DNA from: Mobula hypostoma
Lineage: Eukaryota
Assembly (NCBI RefSeq): GCF_963921235.1
Contig: NC_086118.1
Coordinates: forward strand, 28,646,001 to 28,710,000
Reading direction: 5' to 3'
Length of the DNA stretch: 64,000 nt
The position numbers and the translations under genes are program-made. The notes below the pieces were generated by a model. That model saw nothing but the letters and a program-made list of their open reading frames with translations, did not search any database and had not been told where the DNA came from. This document shows, piece after piece, positions 63,617 to 64,000 of this stretch (the first letter of the stretch is position 1; each line of letters begins with the position of its first letter).

Positions 63617-63938
63617 GTGTGGGCACGTGGCCAAGTGGTTAAGGCATTGGACTAGCGACCTGAAGGTCGTGAGTTCGAGCCCCAGCTGAGGGAACGTGTT
63701 GTGTCCTTGAGCAAGGCACTTAATCACACATTGTTCTGCGACGACACTGGTGCCAAGCTGTATGGGTCCTAATGCCCTTCCCTTGGACAACATTGGTGTC
63801 GTGTAGCGGGGAGACTTGCAGCATGGACAACTGCTGGTCTTCCATACAACCTTGCCCAGGCCTGTGCCCTGGAGAGTGAAGACTTTCCAGGCACAGATCC
63901 ATGGTCTTGCAAGACTAACGGATGCCTTTACTTTACTT
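63617..63938 (+). mobile_element. Young tRNA-derived SINE inserted in a CR1 remnant
   Basis: A box TGGCCAAGTGG (63628-63638), B box GTTCGAGCC (63673-63681), (CTTTA)3 tail, and 12-bp TSD TACGCTGACAGT (63605-63616) / TATGCTGACAGT (63939-63950). Confidence 0.9.
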
Positions 63939-64000
63939 TATGCTGACAGTCCAAACTGGAAGAGACTAATTTCTAGGATTGTTCTATCGTGATTGGCTAA

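Noticed and set aside
63617..63695. tRNA gene
   Set aside because: Has A/B boxes but no good acceptor stem, and continues into a SINE body, tail and TSD.
1..64000. CRISPR array, operon or other prokaryotic system
   Set aside because: No regularly spaced repeats and no gene-dense organisation; the sequence is vertebrate intronic and intergenic DNA.

Overview
Eukaryotic, AT-rich, repeat-dense vertebrate DNA. The repeat mix (CR1, Rex1/Babar, Penelope-like elements, V-SINE-like SINEs) suggests a cartilaginous fish such as a ray or shark; this is inference. The only host coding sequence I can support is the last exon of a septin-9-like gene (1903-2032, +), followed by a ~1 kb 3'UTR. The remaining ~61 kb looks intergenic and is filled with decayed mobile elements: CR1 and Rex1 LINEs, Penelope-like elements, several SINE families, Tc1/mariner/pogo/hAT-type non-autonomous DNA elements, LTR-like relics, and a ~4.6 kb fragmented DDD-transposase element resembling Sola. 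Highlights: (i) a young, TSD-flanked 250-bp fold-back element with an intact minimal hammerhead ribozyme motif facing a core-mutated antisense copy, plus a series of decayed hammerhead copies; (ii) the Sola-like transposon with repeated subterminal motifs; (iii) two short retroposon families sharing a body and tail but with different heads; (iv) MITEs with three TIR copies; (v) a templated 196-bp duplication inside a CR1. Most other ORFs in the track are repeat-derived or spurious. All calls were made by eye. Family names come from remembered motifs, no database search was run, and boundaries of old repeats are approximate.
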